Source: Myxococcota bacterium
Lineage (GTDB): Bacteria; Myxococcota_A; JAVEVO01
Assembly: GCA_034005005.1 (NCBI GenBank)
Contig: JAVEVO010000007.1
Span: 2,125 to 66,124 of the forward strand
Direction of reading: 5' to 3'
Length of the DNA: 64,000 nucleotides
The notes under the pieces were generated by a model. That model was not told the DNA's origin, searched no databases, and saw only the letters and a list, made by a program, of their open reading frames with translations. Shown in pieces: positions 9,565 to 19,886 of the stretch. Every line of letters begins with the position of its first letter. Within the stretch, counting starts at the first letter, position 1. Both the position numbers and the translations under genes were made by a program.

Positions 9565-10776
9565 ATGCAGCACAAGGTGTCCGACGAGAAGGCTCACCGT
9601 TCCCGGCGCGGGGAGCGCGTCGGTCTGCTGGCCCTCGGCAGCTTGATCGGGATCACCGTGATGGGGCTGCCCGGGTGTGGGCCGCCTCCCAAGCCGGCTT
9701 CCCTGATCCGGCTCGAGGCGATGCGCGGCCAGCCCCTGACCCGCGAGGTCCAGACGGGCAACCCCGCTGGCTGGGCCGAATCGGACGGCTACTACCGCCA
9801 GGCCTTCCAGGCCTGGAACGACAGCGACCTGGACGACGCCGAGGACTACACCCAGCTCTCGACCCTCTCCTACCGGATCGCGCTGGCGCAGACCAAGCAG
9901 AAGGCGGCCGAGGCCCAGCTCCGCGCCGACGGGTCGCGCCTCGAGATCGCCCAGGAGCAAGAGCGCTTCTACACCGAGGAGATCGCCCGGATCCAGGCCC
10001 GCGTCGATCTGCTCACCGCGAACCTGGCCACCGCCGAGTCCCGCGCCCGCGAGCGGTTGATCGCCATGGCTGCGGCGGTCAAGCCCAGCGGGCCCTCCGA
10101 GGAAGAGCTGGCGAGCCTCCGGCAGGAGCTGGACGCGGCCCGGGCCCGGCTGACCGCGACGGAGGAGGTCAAGGCCAACCTCTACGCGGCCGGACGCTAC
10201 AACAAGGCCAAGAACCTGCTCGGCCGCGCCGAGCAGGAGCTGGGGGCCGGTGATCTGGCCGCGGCCCGGACCACCCTCGCCGAGGCCGCCACCGAGACGG
10301 AGGCGGCCCGCACCGAGGCCACGCCGAAGCACGAAGAGCTGGAGGCCCGCCGGCAGCTCGCCGAGACCACCCAGCGGCTGCAGACCACGGCCGAGGCCAT
10401 CGAGGGCGTCGAGGTCCGCAACGAGCCGCGCGGGATCGTCGTGGCCGCCGCGGATGTGTTCGCCCCCGGCAACAAGGCCAAGCTGCGGGACGATCGCTTC
10501 CTGCTCCTCGACCGGATCGCCTCCCTGGTCGTGGAGTTCGCCGCCCTGCCGGTGATCATCGAAGGCCACACCGACGCCAGCGGGCCGAAGGGCAAGCGCG
10601 AAGCCCTCTCCCGCTCCTACGCGGAGACGGTGCGGGACTACTTCCTCGAGAAGGGGATCGACGCCGGCCGCATCACCACCACGGGCTACGGCGACACCAT
10701 GCCCATCGAAGAGAACCGGACCGCGGCCGGCCGGGCCAAGAACCGGCGCGTCGAGATCGTCTTCAAGCTGCGCTAG
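9565..10776 (+). CDS. OmpA-family lipoprotein with long coiled-coil N-terminal region
   Basis: ATG at 9565 after AAGGGAAG. Putative lipobox GLPGC. C-terminal OmpA_C signature: IIEGHTDASGPKGKREALSRSYAETVRDYF...GRAKNRRVEIVF. Confidence 0.85.
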   Translation: MQHKVSDEKAHRSRRGERVGLLALGSLIGITVMGLPGCGPPPKPASLIRLEAMRGQPLTREVQTGNPAGWAESDGYYRQAFQAWNDSDLDDAEDYTQLSTLSYRIALAQTKQKAAEAQLRADGSRLEIAQEQERFYTEEIARIQARVDLLTANLATAESRARERLIAMAAAVKPSGPSEEELASLRQELDAARARLTATEEVKANLYAAGRYNKAKNLLGRAEQELGAGDLAAARTTLAEAATETEAARTEATPKHEELEARRQLAETTQRLQTTAEAIEGVEVRNEPRGIVVAAADVFAPGNKAKLRDDRFLLLDRIASLVVEFAALPVIIEGHTDASGPKGKREALSRSYAETVRDYFLEKGIDAGRITTTGYGDTMPIEENRTAAGRAKNRRVEIVFKLR

Positions 10777-10827
10777 ACACGCTCCTAGGCCCCCTCGACC
10801 AAGCCGGCCATCGACGGCCTCCACGAG

Positions 10828-10952
10828 GCAGTGGCCGACCACCGCGTCGGTCGCGCCCGATCTCCTCGCCAGAGGACCAGCCTGCCGCTGCCGAAGCGTG
10901 GGGGAGGACCGTGGCGGCTGGTGCCGACACGGAGGTCGGCACCCACCAGGCG
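10828..10952. repeat. possible diverged copy of the REP-like intergenic repeat family
   Basis: Contains GTGGCCGACCACCGCGTCGGTCGCGC and GTGCCGACACGGAGGTCGGCACCCACCAG. These match hairpin modules of the 22691-22826 element. It lies between convergent genes. Confidence 0.4.
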
Positions 10953-11043
10953 AGGCTCGTGCCGCCAGGGTCCAGCGGTGCGGGACCTTGCTCCCGACCA
11001 GAAGTGCGCAGATGGATCGGATTGACCACGACCGGCGGGCGGA

Positions 11044-11469
11044 TCAGCGCGTTCGTACCGCTCCCTCGTTCAGGCATTTCTTGATCTTGTTCATCATGTC
11101 GGTGACCTGGAACGGCTTGCTCAGGAAGAACTTCGCGCCCAGGTTGATGCCCTCGATCATGCTGCGGGCGTCGGAGCGTGCGGTCAGGAAGATGATGGGG
11201 ATGTTCTTGTTTTCTTTGATGTAACGCAGCGCCCGGACGAACTGGAAGCCATCGAGTCGCGGCATCATCACGTCGACGATCAGCAGATCGGGCCGGATCT
11301 CCTCGAGCAGGCGCAGCCCGTCCATGCCGTCCTTCGCCGTCTTCACCAGGTAGTCCTCTTTCTCGAGGAGCCGGACGATGATGCTGGTGACCTGGTCGTC
11401 GTCCTCGACGACGGCGATGAGCTTCCGCTCCTCCTCGAGGACCGCCTTGCTCTGGCCGGGGTTCGCCAT
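11044..11469 (-). CDS. single-domain CheY-like response regulator
   Basis: In-frame ATG at 11469-11467 (MANPGQSKAVLEEERKLIAVVEDDD...). Receiver motifs: DD, DLLIVDVMMPRLDG, LTA, KP. Confidence 0.9.
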   Translation of the reverse strand: MANPGQSKAVLEEERKLIAVVEDDDQVTSIIVRLLEKEDYLVKTAKDGMDGLRLLEEIRPDLLIVDVMMPRLDGFQFVRALRYIKENKNIPIIFLTARSDARSMIEGINLGAKFFLSKPFQVTDMMNKIKKCLNEGAVRTR

Positions 11470-11666
11470 CAGGCGCCTCCGGGCTCCTGCTTCGTCGGGA
11501 CGAGGGCGCGAGCCTCCTCGGGGAGGAAGTTGGGGATGCCGTCCTCGACGGGGTAGAGCAACTGGCAGGCTTCGCACTGGAAGCCACCGGCGGACTCGTC
11601 GAGGTGCACCTTGCCCTTGCAGCGCGGGCAGGCGAGGATTTCGAGCAGATCGGGCGAGAACTCCAT
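11469..11666 (-). CDS. Trm112/YcaR-family small zinc-ribbon protein (65 aa)
   Basis: C-terminal part of junk ORF 11469..13787. ATG at 11666 gives MEFSPDLLEILACPRCKGKVHLDESAGGFQCEACQLLYPVEDGIPNFLPEEA. Its stop overlaps the regulator start by 1 nt (TGATG). Confidence 0.8.
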   Translation of the reverse strand: MEFSPDLLEILACPRCKGKVHLDESAGGFQCEACQLLYPVEDGIPNFLPEEARALVPTKQEPGGA

Positions 11667-11846
11667 GGGCTTTCTCCCTCGCAGTCGGCCCGAACCTACC
11701 ATCGCCGGGCTCGCCAGGTCAAGGAAGCCGCCATCGCCAAGCCTCTTCCGCCCCGGGGCGCACGGGGGTAGACTCGGGCCGCAGCGGCTCCCCATCCGGG
11801 AGACGCTCGGCGAGCGTGGGCTCCTCGAGCCGGGGCAACGACGGGC

Positions 11847-13829
11847 ATGATCGGGACGACCCTCGAGAAATACGAGATCCTCGAGGAGGTGGGCCAGGGT
11901 GGCATGGCCACGGTCTACCGCGCCCGCGACCTGCGCCTCGGCCGGGAGGTCGCGCTCAAGGTGCTCCACCCCCACCTCGCCCGGCAGGAGGAAGCCCGCC
12001 GGCGATTCCGGCGTGAGGCCCAGGCCGTCGCCCGGCTCCGGCACCCGGCCATCCTCGAGATCTACGACTACAGCGGCGAGGAGGTCCCCACCGCCTACAT
12101 CGCCACGGAGTTCATCCGCGGGGAGTCCCTGCGCGACCACCTGGAGCGCCGCGCGCCCGAGCTGCCCGAGGTCGGCATGATGATCGCGGTCCAGCTCCTC
12201 GGCGCCTTGCAGCACGCGCACGAGAACGGGGTGATCCACCGCGACGTCAAGCCGGAGAACGTCCTCATCGGACACGACGGGGGGATCAAGCTCGCGGATT
12301 TCGGCATCGCGCACCTCGCCGACGGCCAGGGCATGACCGTCACCGGCGCGCTGCTCGGCTCGCCGGCCCACATGAGCCCCGAGCAGATCCAGGGCGCCGA
12401 GCTGACCCCGGCCGCCGATCTCTTCAGCCTGGGCACCTTGCTGTACCGCACCGTGACGGGACGGCTCCCGTTCACCGCGCCCAACCCCCAGGCCCTCTTC
12501 CGCAAGATCCTGGAGGCCGACCGGGTCCCGGCCCAGCAGCTCGCGCCCCGGGTGAGCGATCGGCTGCAGCGGATCATCGACTGCGCCCTCGCCCCGGAAC
12601 CAGCGGCGCGCTTCGCCTCGGCCGCCGCGATGGCCGCGGAGCTGCGCCTCGAGCTGGCCTCCGTCGGGCTCGTCGACCTGCCCGCAGAGCTGTCCCGCTA
12701 CCTCGGCGACCCCGCGGGGTACGAAGCGGCCCTGCAGCCGCGCATCCTCGAACGGCTGATCCAGCAAGCCGGTGAGGCCGCCGCCCTGCGCCAGCGGGCA
12801 CGCGCCCTCTCCCTGTACAACCGCGCCCTGGCCTTCGCGCCGGAGGAGCAGCGCGTCCTCGCCGCGGTCGCCTCCCTCGGTCGCCTCGATCGGGGCCGGC
12901 GCCTCCTCCGCTACGGCGGGCTGGCTGCCGGGCTGGCCCTCGGCGTGGTGGGGTTGCTGATCCTCCTGCACGAGCCCGCCCCTCCCGCGCCCTCGCCTCC
13001 CGACCGCGCGGCCCCCCGCACCGATCTGCGCAGCTCCTCCCCTCCCGGCACCTCGCCGGCCGCGCCGCTCCCCGGTGCGGGGTCCGCGGCGGACCGCGCC
13101 ACCACGCCAGCCACCACCGCCGCCGGCGCGGCCCCGACCGCCGGCCCGGCCCCGACGCCCACTCCGGGGACGGGCAGCCTCCCCGGCCCCGCGACCCCGA
13201 CCGCCGCCGCGCCACCCGTGCCCCGCCCCTCCCCCGGCGACCAGGCCACCAGCCCGGGTCCCCCACCGGCCCTCCCCCCTCGCCCCGCCCCGGGGCCGGA
13301 GCCGAGCTCCGCCGGGAGCCCCCCACCGCCGCGTCCCCCCGAGCCCCGCGCCGATCCCAACCGCCGGCTCGGGTTCCGCGTCAGCACCCGCCCCTGGACC
13401 TTGCTGAAGATCGACGGTCGGCAGGCCGGCGAGCCCAAGATGCACCACCTCGTCGAGCTGGGGCTCGGCGAGCACCAGATCTCCCTCGAGAACCCCGGCT
13501 GCAAGACCATCCAGTTCCGGATCCGGGTCACCCCGGCGACCGCCTCCCTCCCCGATCGCCAGTTCAACCTCCAGTGGTGGCCGGCGATCTTGCGGATCGA
13601 CGGCCCGCCCGGCGCGGTCGCCTACGTCGAACAGGACGGCCAGAAGCGGATCCTCGGCGACGCGACCGCCGGCACCCGCCACGAGCTGGCCGTGACCAGC
13701 TCGGAGAACCAGGCCGTGCTGGAGGTGAAGGCCGCCGATGGAATCACCCGGCTGCTCCGCCGCACCATCCGCCTCGCCCCGAAGCAAGAGCTGCTGATCC
13801 CCGTGGCGCGCACGGTGGCGCAGCCATGA
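11847..13829 (+). CDS. Ser/Thr protein kinase with TM segment, Pro-rich linker and extracytoplasmic C-terminal domain
   Basis: ORF track. Motifs: GQGGMATVYRA, VALK, HRDVKPENVLI, DFG, SPE. TM segment is GGLAAGLALGVVGLLILL. Confidence 0.9.
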   Translation: MIGTTLEKYEILEEVGQGGMATVYRARDLRLGREVALKVLHPHLARQEEARRRFRREAQAVARLRHPAILEIYDYSGEEVPTAYIATEFIRGESLRDHLERRAPELPEVGMMIAVQLLGALQHAHENGVIHRDVKPENVLIGHDGGIKLADFGIAHLADGQGMTVTGALLGSPAHMSPEQIQGAELTPAADLFSLGTLLYRTVTGRLPFTAPNPQALFRKILEADRVPAQQLAPRVSDRLQRIIDCALAPEPAARFASAAAMAAELRLELASVGLVDLPAELSRYLGDPAGYEAALQPRILERLIQQAGEAAALRQRARALSLYNRALAFAPEEQRVLAAVASLGRLDRGRRLLRYGGLAAGLALGVVGLLILLHEPAPPAPSPPDRAAPRTDLRSSSPPGTSPAAPLPGAGSAADRATTPATTAAGAAPTAGPAPTPTPGTGSLPGPATPTAAAPPVPRPSPGDQATSPGPPPALPPRPAPGPEPSSAGSPPPPRPPEPRADPNRRLGFRVSTRPWTLLKIDGRQAGEPKMHHLVELGLGEHQISLENPGCKTIQFRIRVTPATASLPDRQFNLQWWPAILRIDGPPGAVAYVEQDGQKRILGDATAGTRHELAVTSSENQAVLEVKAADGITRLLRRTIRLAPKQELLIPVARTVAQP

Positions 13830-14683
13830 GCGGCCGGACGCTCCCCGGACGCCTCCTGCTCATCGCCGCGCTCGTCCTCGGCCTCGGCGCGTCCCCCCAC
13901 GCCCTCGGCCAGCCCCGCCCCGCGGAGACCACCACCACCCCACAAGCGCTGCTGCGCAAGGCCGCGAACCACTTCCAGTTCGGCAACTACGACGAGGCCA
14001 TCGGCCTGCTCAACGGCCTGCTGACGCCCCGGGTGCTGCTCACCGACTCCGACGACGTGCAGGAGGCCCTCAAGCTGCTGGGCATCGCCAGCCACCTGCA
14101 GAACGATCTGACCACGGCCCGGGAGTCCTTCGTCCGCCTGCTGAACCTGGAGCCGGAGCTGCGCCTCGACCCCCTGGTGGTCCCCCCCCAGGTGGTGGAG
14201 TTCTTCGACGGCATCCGCCGGGAGATCCGTGAGAAGCTGGAGGAGCTGCGCCGGGAGCAGGAGCGGGAGCAGGAGGAGCAGGCCCGGCTGGCGCGGGCGC
14301 AGCTCCCCGTGCGGCTGATCCGGGAGGAGGTGCGCATCGACGAGCACCCCTACTGGCTCAACTTCACCCCCCTCGGACTCGGCCAGTTCGAGCTCGACCG
14401 CGGGGAGTGGGGATGGTTCTTTCTGACCAGCCAGCTCGCCGCACTTGCAGCGAACGTCACGGCTGCCTCCCTCATCGAGGCCACCCGCAACCCCGATGGG
14501 ACCCACGGTCCGACGGAGCTGGCTCGCGCCCGGGACGTCTACCAGCCGCTCCAGGTCGCCTCCCTGGTCTCCTTCGGGCTCCTCCTCGGCTGGAGCATCA
14601 TCGACAACCTGATCGCCTGGCGGCCAGCGGATCGCCGCACCCTCCGTACCGAGGACGCGCCGGCGCCGGAGGGTCGTCCGTGA
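13826..14683 (+). CDS. secreted/membrane protein with TPR-like and coiled-coil regions and C-terminal TM helices
   Basis: ATGA overlap with the kinase stop (13826-13829). Signal peptide MSGRTLPGRLLLIAALVLGLGASPHALG. High G/C at third positions. Confidence 0.7.
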   Translation: MSGRTLPGRLLLIAALVLGLGASPHALGQPRPAETTTTPQALLRKAANHFQFGNYDEAIGLLNGLLTPRVLLTDSDDVQEALKLLGIASHLQNDLTTARESFVRLLNLEPELRLDPLVVPPQVVEFFDGIRREIREKLEELRREQEREQEEQARLARAQLPVRLIREEVRIDEHPYWLNFTPLGLGQFELDRGEWGWFFLTSQLAALAANVTAASLIEATRNPDGTHGPTELARARDVYQPLQVASLVSFGLLLGWSIIDNLIAWRPADRRTLRTEDAPAPEGRP

Positions 14684-16143
14684 CCGATCCGGCCAGCACC
14701 CTCGGCCTCCCCGAGCTCCTCGGCGCTCTGCAGCGCCACGGCGCCGAGCACGTCACCCTGCGCTGGCAGCAGGATCGCACGCTGCGCCTGGGCTGCACCC
14801 CGGCCGGCCCCGAGGCGCTGGCCGAGCGGCAGGAGTCCGGCCTCGCCGTGCGCATCCTGCTCGAGGGAGCCTGGGGCTTCGCCGCCGGCCCGGCCACCTC
14901 CCAGGAGGCCGCAGTCCAGATCGCCTCCCGGGCCGTGGCCGGCGCCCGGCAGGTCGCAGCGGTCCAGGCCGCGCGCCCCCTGCTCGCCGCGGTCCCGCCG
15001 GCCCGGGGCAGCCACCTCGCCCTGGGCGCACCCGACGATCCGGCGGCCGCGCTGGTGCAGGCCGGCGAGGAGCTCGCCCCCCGCCTCGCCCGCTCCGGCC
15101 CCGGCTCCCTGGGGGCACGGCTGCAGGGCCGGCGCACCGAGGTTCGCCTGCTCACCAGCGAGGGCGCCGACCTGACCCAGCTCCTCGACAGCAGCCGACT
15201 GCAGCTCGTCCTCCCCCTCCCCGCCGCGGCCCCCGGCGACCGCTCCCTGGTCGGCAGCCCGGCCACCACCGGGTCCGGCTGGGCCCGGGGCGGCCCCCTC
15301 CCCCTGGTCCGCCTCCCGGCGCTCGACGCCGCGGCCGACGAGCTGCAAGAGCTGGCCGCCCAGCTCCCCGGGCTCCCCCCACCGCCAGCGGGCCACGACC
15401 TCCCGCTGCTGCTGGATGCGCCCGCGGTCGGCGCCCTGCTCCTGGCCACCTTCGGCCAGGCCTTGCGGGCCGACCGGTGCCTCGGCCGGGAGGTCTGGGA
15501 CGCGGGCGCCTCCTTCCTCGGGCCGGCAGACCTCGGGGTCACCGACGTCGCGTCCCCCCTGGTCTCCCTGGTGTGCGGCCCGGCCCCCGGGAGCACCCCC
15601 GGGGAGCGCGGCTGGGACGACGAGGGGGTCGCGCCCCGGGAGCAGCCCCTCGTCCAGGAGGGGGTCGTCACGGGCCTGCTCGTGGACCGGGAGCTCGCGG
15701 CCTGGATCCCCGAGCTGCCCCCCTCGGGCCAGGCCATCGCCTCCCACCCCCGGGCCGCTCCCCGCCTCGTCGCGGGGGGCCTGCGGCTCTTGCCCGGCCC
15801 CGCGCCGGCCGACCTCGCGGATCTGGCCGCCACCCTGGAGCACGGCCTGGTCGTCCGCGGCTGCCGGCAGGTCACGGTGGATCCCCTCCTGTTGACCTTC
15901 CGCTTCGTCGGCGCCTGGGGCGAGGAGATCCACCGGGGACGACCGACGCGCCTGGTCCGAGGGCCCGTGCTGCGGGGCTCGACCCCGCTGTTCTGGGGGC
16001 GCTGTGTCGGCCTCGGCGGGCCGACCTCCCTGGTCGATCTCGGGCTCGGCCCCTCTTGGGACGGCCGCTGCGGCCTCCCCCTCCCCGTCGGGCTGCGCGT
16101 GCCACCGGCGCTCTTCGCGGCCGGGGAGGTGCTGGGCGGATGA
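14680..16143 (+). CDS. TldD/PmbA-family protein lacking the HExxxH motif
   Basis: GTGA overlap with the previous stop. Family-typical stretches are GLAVRILLEGAWGFAA and WDDEGVAPREQPLVQEGVVTGLLVD. LLLATFGQALRADR sits where TldD carries HExxxH. Confidence 0.6.
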   Translation: MTDPASTLGLPELLGALQRHGAEHVTLRWQQDRTLRLGCTPAGPEALAERQESGLAVRILLEGAWGFAAGPATSQEAAVQIASRAVAGARQVAAVQAARPLLAAVPPARGSHLALGAPDDPAAALVQAGEELAPRLARSGPGSLGARLQGRRTEVRLLTSEGADLTQLLDSSRLQLVLPLPAAAPGDRSLVGSPATTGSGWARGGPLPLVRLPALDAAADELQELAAQLPGLPPPPAGHDLPLLLDAPAVGALLLATFGQALRADRCLGREVWDAGASFLGPADLGVTDVASPLVSLVCGPAPGSTPGERGWDDEGVAPREQPLVQEGVVTGLLVDRELAAWIPELPPSGQAIASHPRAAPRLVAGGLRLLPGPAPADLADLAATLEHGLVVRGCRQVTVDPLLLTFRFVGAWGEEIHRGRPTRLVRGPVLRGSTPLFWGRCVGLGGPTSLVDLGLGPSWDGRCGLPLPVGLRVPPALFAAGEVLGG

Positions 16144-17381
16144 CCGGTCAGCTCCTGCCCCTGGTGCAGCAAGGCCTGCGCGACACCCCCGCGGACGCCT
16201 GGGAGGCGACCGCGTGCGTCGCGCAGGAGCACCGGGTCCTGCTCGCGGCGTCCCAGCTCCTCGGCCTCACGAGCTGCGTCACGAGCTGGTGCCGGGTGCG
16301 CTGCTGGTGCGCGGGTCGGCTCGGGGTGGCCGAGGAGCTGACCACCCCCACGGTCGCCGGCCTCGCTGCGCTCGCGCACCGGGCCGCCGCGGCCGCACGG
16401 CAGGCGAGCGCCCCGCCCGACCTCACCGCCCGGGAGCTGCTCGCCAGCCTGCCCGCGCCCCCGGCCTCGCCGGTCCCGTCGCCGGCCGCCCCCCCCGCCG
16501 GCGACGGGACCTCGGACGCGCTCGACGCCTGGTGTGCGGAGACGGGCCGCGTGCTCCTCGCCCGCCTCGCCAGCGACGCGCTGGAGGCCTTCGGCCGGGC
16601 CAGTGCGGCCACCTACCAGGCTGCGACCGTCAACAGCCGGGGTCTGGTTCGCGAGCACCACGGGACCTGGGCCGAGGCAGTCCTTCATGCCCAGACGAGA
16701 GGCCGCAGTGGTACTTCCTGGCGATTAGCCCGGCACCGGGACGCCATCGACGCGGCGGCCCTCGCGGAGGACGCGGCCGCGCGCGCCCTCGCCGGACCGC
16801 GCTGGCGCACCCTCGCTCCGGGACGACTGCCGGCCCTGCTCGAGCCGGCGGCCGTGGCCACCCTGGTCCTCGGCCTCGACGAGCTGGGGCTGCCGACGGG
16901 CGGGCTCACCGGCTGCGGGCCCCGGCCGCCGGAGGACGCGCCCGGACCGGCCGCGGACGAGCGCGGGCGCACGCCGCCCCTCCCCGGAGAGCCCCGCCCC
17001 CGGCGCCTCCCGGGAGAGCCCCCGCCGCCGGTCCTCCTGCGCCCGACCGGGCAGCTCCCCGCGGGCCCGGCCACCGCGGAGAGCCTCCTGCGGCAGGCGG
17101 GCCGGGGCCTCTGGATCACCCGGCTGGGCCGGCCGACCCTGCTCCCGCCCGGCCCCGGCCCGAGCCCTCGCCTCCACGTGACCACCTGCGGGGGCACCTT
17201 CCTCTTCGCGCGCGGCCGGATCGGCCCGCGTGTCCCGGAGCTGAACCTGCTGCTCGACCTCGACGTGCTCACGGACGGGGTCCTGGGCGCGACCGCGGAG
17301 CGCCGGGCGGTCGCGCCGGCGGGGGAAGGGGCCGTGGTGGTGCCGAGCCTGCTGCTAGGCCAGGTGGAGGCCGGGCCATGA
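16140..17381 (+). CDS. second, more diverged TldD/PmbA-like protein
   Basis: ATGA overlap with the previous stop. Weak family resemblance (LPALLEPAAVATLVLGL, GLWITRLG, VVVPSLLLGQVE). No HExxxH motif. Confidence 0.45.
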   Translation: MTGQLLPLVQQGLRDTPADAWEATACVAQEHRVLLAASQLLGLTSCVTSWCRVRCWCAGRLGVAEELTTPTVAGLAALAHRAAAAARQASAPPDLTARELLASLPAPPASPVPSPAAPPAGDGTSDALDAWCAETGRVLLARLASDALEAFGRASAATYQAATVNSRGLVREHHGTWAEAVLHAQTRGRSGTSWRLARHRDAIDAAALAEDAAARALAGPRWRTLAPGRLPALLEPAAVATLVLGLDELGLPTGGLTGCGPRPPEDAPGPAADERGRTPPLPGEPRPRRLPGEPPPPVLLRPTGQLPAGPATAESLLRQAGRGLWITRLGRPTLLPPGPGPSPRLHVTTCGGTFLFARGRIGPRVPELNLLLDLDVLTDGVLGATAERRAVAPAGEGAVVVPSLLLGQVEAGP

Positions 17382-17439
17382 GGAGCCGCGCCCGCCCGGG
17401 CCAGCCCGGCCGCCCCCCACACCCGCCGGGGGCGAAGCG

Positions 17440-18684
<1,245 letters not shown>

Positions 18685-18824
18685 ACCGGCGCAGGAGCCA
18701 TTGCCTTCGGGCCGCGGCTGAGCTAAAGCAGAGGAGACGAGTCCGGTTCGTCGTGGCGCGACGGCCGGACCTCCACCGGGCAGGGCCGGCGGACGGCCCG
18801 CGGGGTCGCAAGGGGACGCGCACG

Positions 18825-19886
18825 ATGCTCACGACACGCCTCGGCGGGATCGCCGTGTTGACGCTGGCTCTCGGGCTGAGCGCCTGTCGGGGCAGCGAGC
18901 CCGCGCGGCCCGTGGTCGATTTCACCCAGGAGGCCCCGAGCGCGCCCGGCAGCGCCGCCGGCACCGCGCCCGCCGCCGCCGGGCAGCCGGTCGCCGCCTC
19001 CGCGGCCCGCTTCGACGGCACCGCGGCCCTGCTCCCCCGGGGAGGCGAGGTGACGGGCTGGCAGCTCGCGGAGCCCCCCGCACGGTACGGCCCGGACCGC
19101 CTGTTCGAGGCGATCAACGGCGGCGCGGACCGCTTCCTCGCCCACGGCTTCGTCGAGCTGGCCCGGGCCACCTACACGCCCGCGGGGATCCCCTACGCCG
19201 AGGAGCTGATCGTCGAGGTCTACCAGATGAAGACCCCCCTCGCGGCCTTCGGCATCTACGGGGAGGACGCGCTCGACTGCGACCCCCCCGCGGAGGCGCC
19301 CGGCCCCGGCTGCTCCCGGCGCAGCGACCGGATCGCCTGGCAGGGCAGCGTCTTCGTCAAGGCGACCACCTACGCCGACTCGGCCGAGGCCCGCAAGCAG
19401 CTCGGCCTGCTGGTCGCGCAGACCCTCACCCGGGCGCCCGGCGACGCCACGCTCCCCGCGGAGCTCGGCCGGCTCCCCGCCGCGCTCGACCAGCCCCGGA
19501 CCCGCAGCCTGCACCTCCACGCCGCGCAGGAGGAGCTGCCTGGGCTCGGCCCCCTCTTCCGCGCGGACTACGGCCGCGGCGAGGAGGAGCGCTCCCTGTA
19601 CCTCCGGCCGACCCCCGGCCCCGAGCAGGCCAAGGTGTTGCTGGCCACGGCGAAGGAGCGGCTGGCGGCCGGCAGCCCACCGCCCACGATCCGCCCCCTG
19701 ACCGGGGTCGGTGACGAGGCCCTGCTCGTCACCGGTGAAGGGGAAGTCCTCGTCCTGCTGCGCCAGGGCGGCGACCTGCTGGCCCTCCGGGGAGCCTCGG
19801 ACGTGGCCCGGGCCGAGGCCCTGGCTCGGCAGGCCCTCGCCGGTCTGGGACCCGCGGCCGCCCCCGCGGCCCCCCCCGCGCCGTGA
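18825..19886 (+). CDS. lipoprotein of unknown function
   Basis: In-frame ATG at 18825 gives MLTTRLGGIAVLTLALGLSAC (lipobox). Its stop overlaps the next start (GTGA). Confidence 0.7.
   Translation: MLTTRLGGIAVLTLALGLSACRGSEPARPVVDFTQEAPSAPGSAAGTAPAAAGQPVAASAARFDGTAALLPRGGEVTGWQLAEPPARYGPDRLFEAINGGADRFLAHGFVELARATYTPAGIPYAEELIVEVYQMKTPLAAFGIYGEDALDCDPPAEAPGPGCSRRSDRIAWQGSVFVKATTYADSAEARKQLGLLVAQTLTRAPGDATLPAELGRLPAALDQPRTRSLHLHAAQEELPGLGPLFRADYGRGEEERSLYLRPTPGPEQAKVLLATAKERLAAGSPPPTIRPLTGVGDEALLVTGEGEVLVLLRQGGDLLALRGASDVARAEALARQALAGLGPAAAPAAPPAP

Noticed and set aside
5783-10842. ORFs 5783..7111 (-), 5872..7812 (+), 7258..8073 (-), 7926..9575 (-), 8785..10842 (-)
   Set aside because: They are antisense or out of frame to genes with clear kinase and OmpA motifs. 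Composition is typical of high-GC shadow frames.
11667-13787. Upstream 700 codons of ORF 11469..13787 (-)
   Set aside because: Only the last 65 codons (Trm112-like) look like protein. The rest is antisense to a bona fide kinase gene.
14598-16688. 696-aa ORF antisense to the TldD/PmbA-like genes
   Set aside because: Arg/Pro/Ser-rich junk. The sense-strand genes show family motifs and coupled start/stop overlaps.
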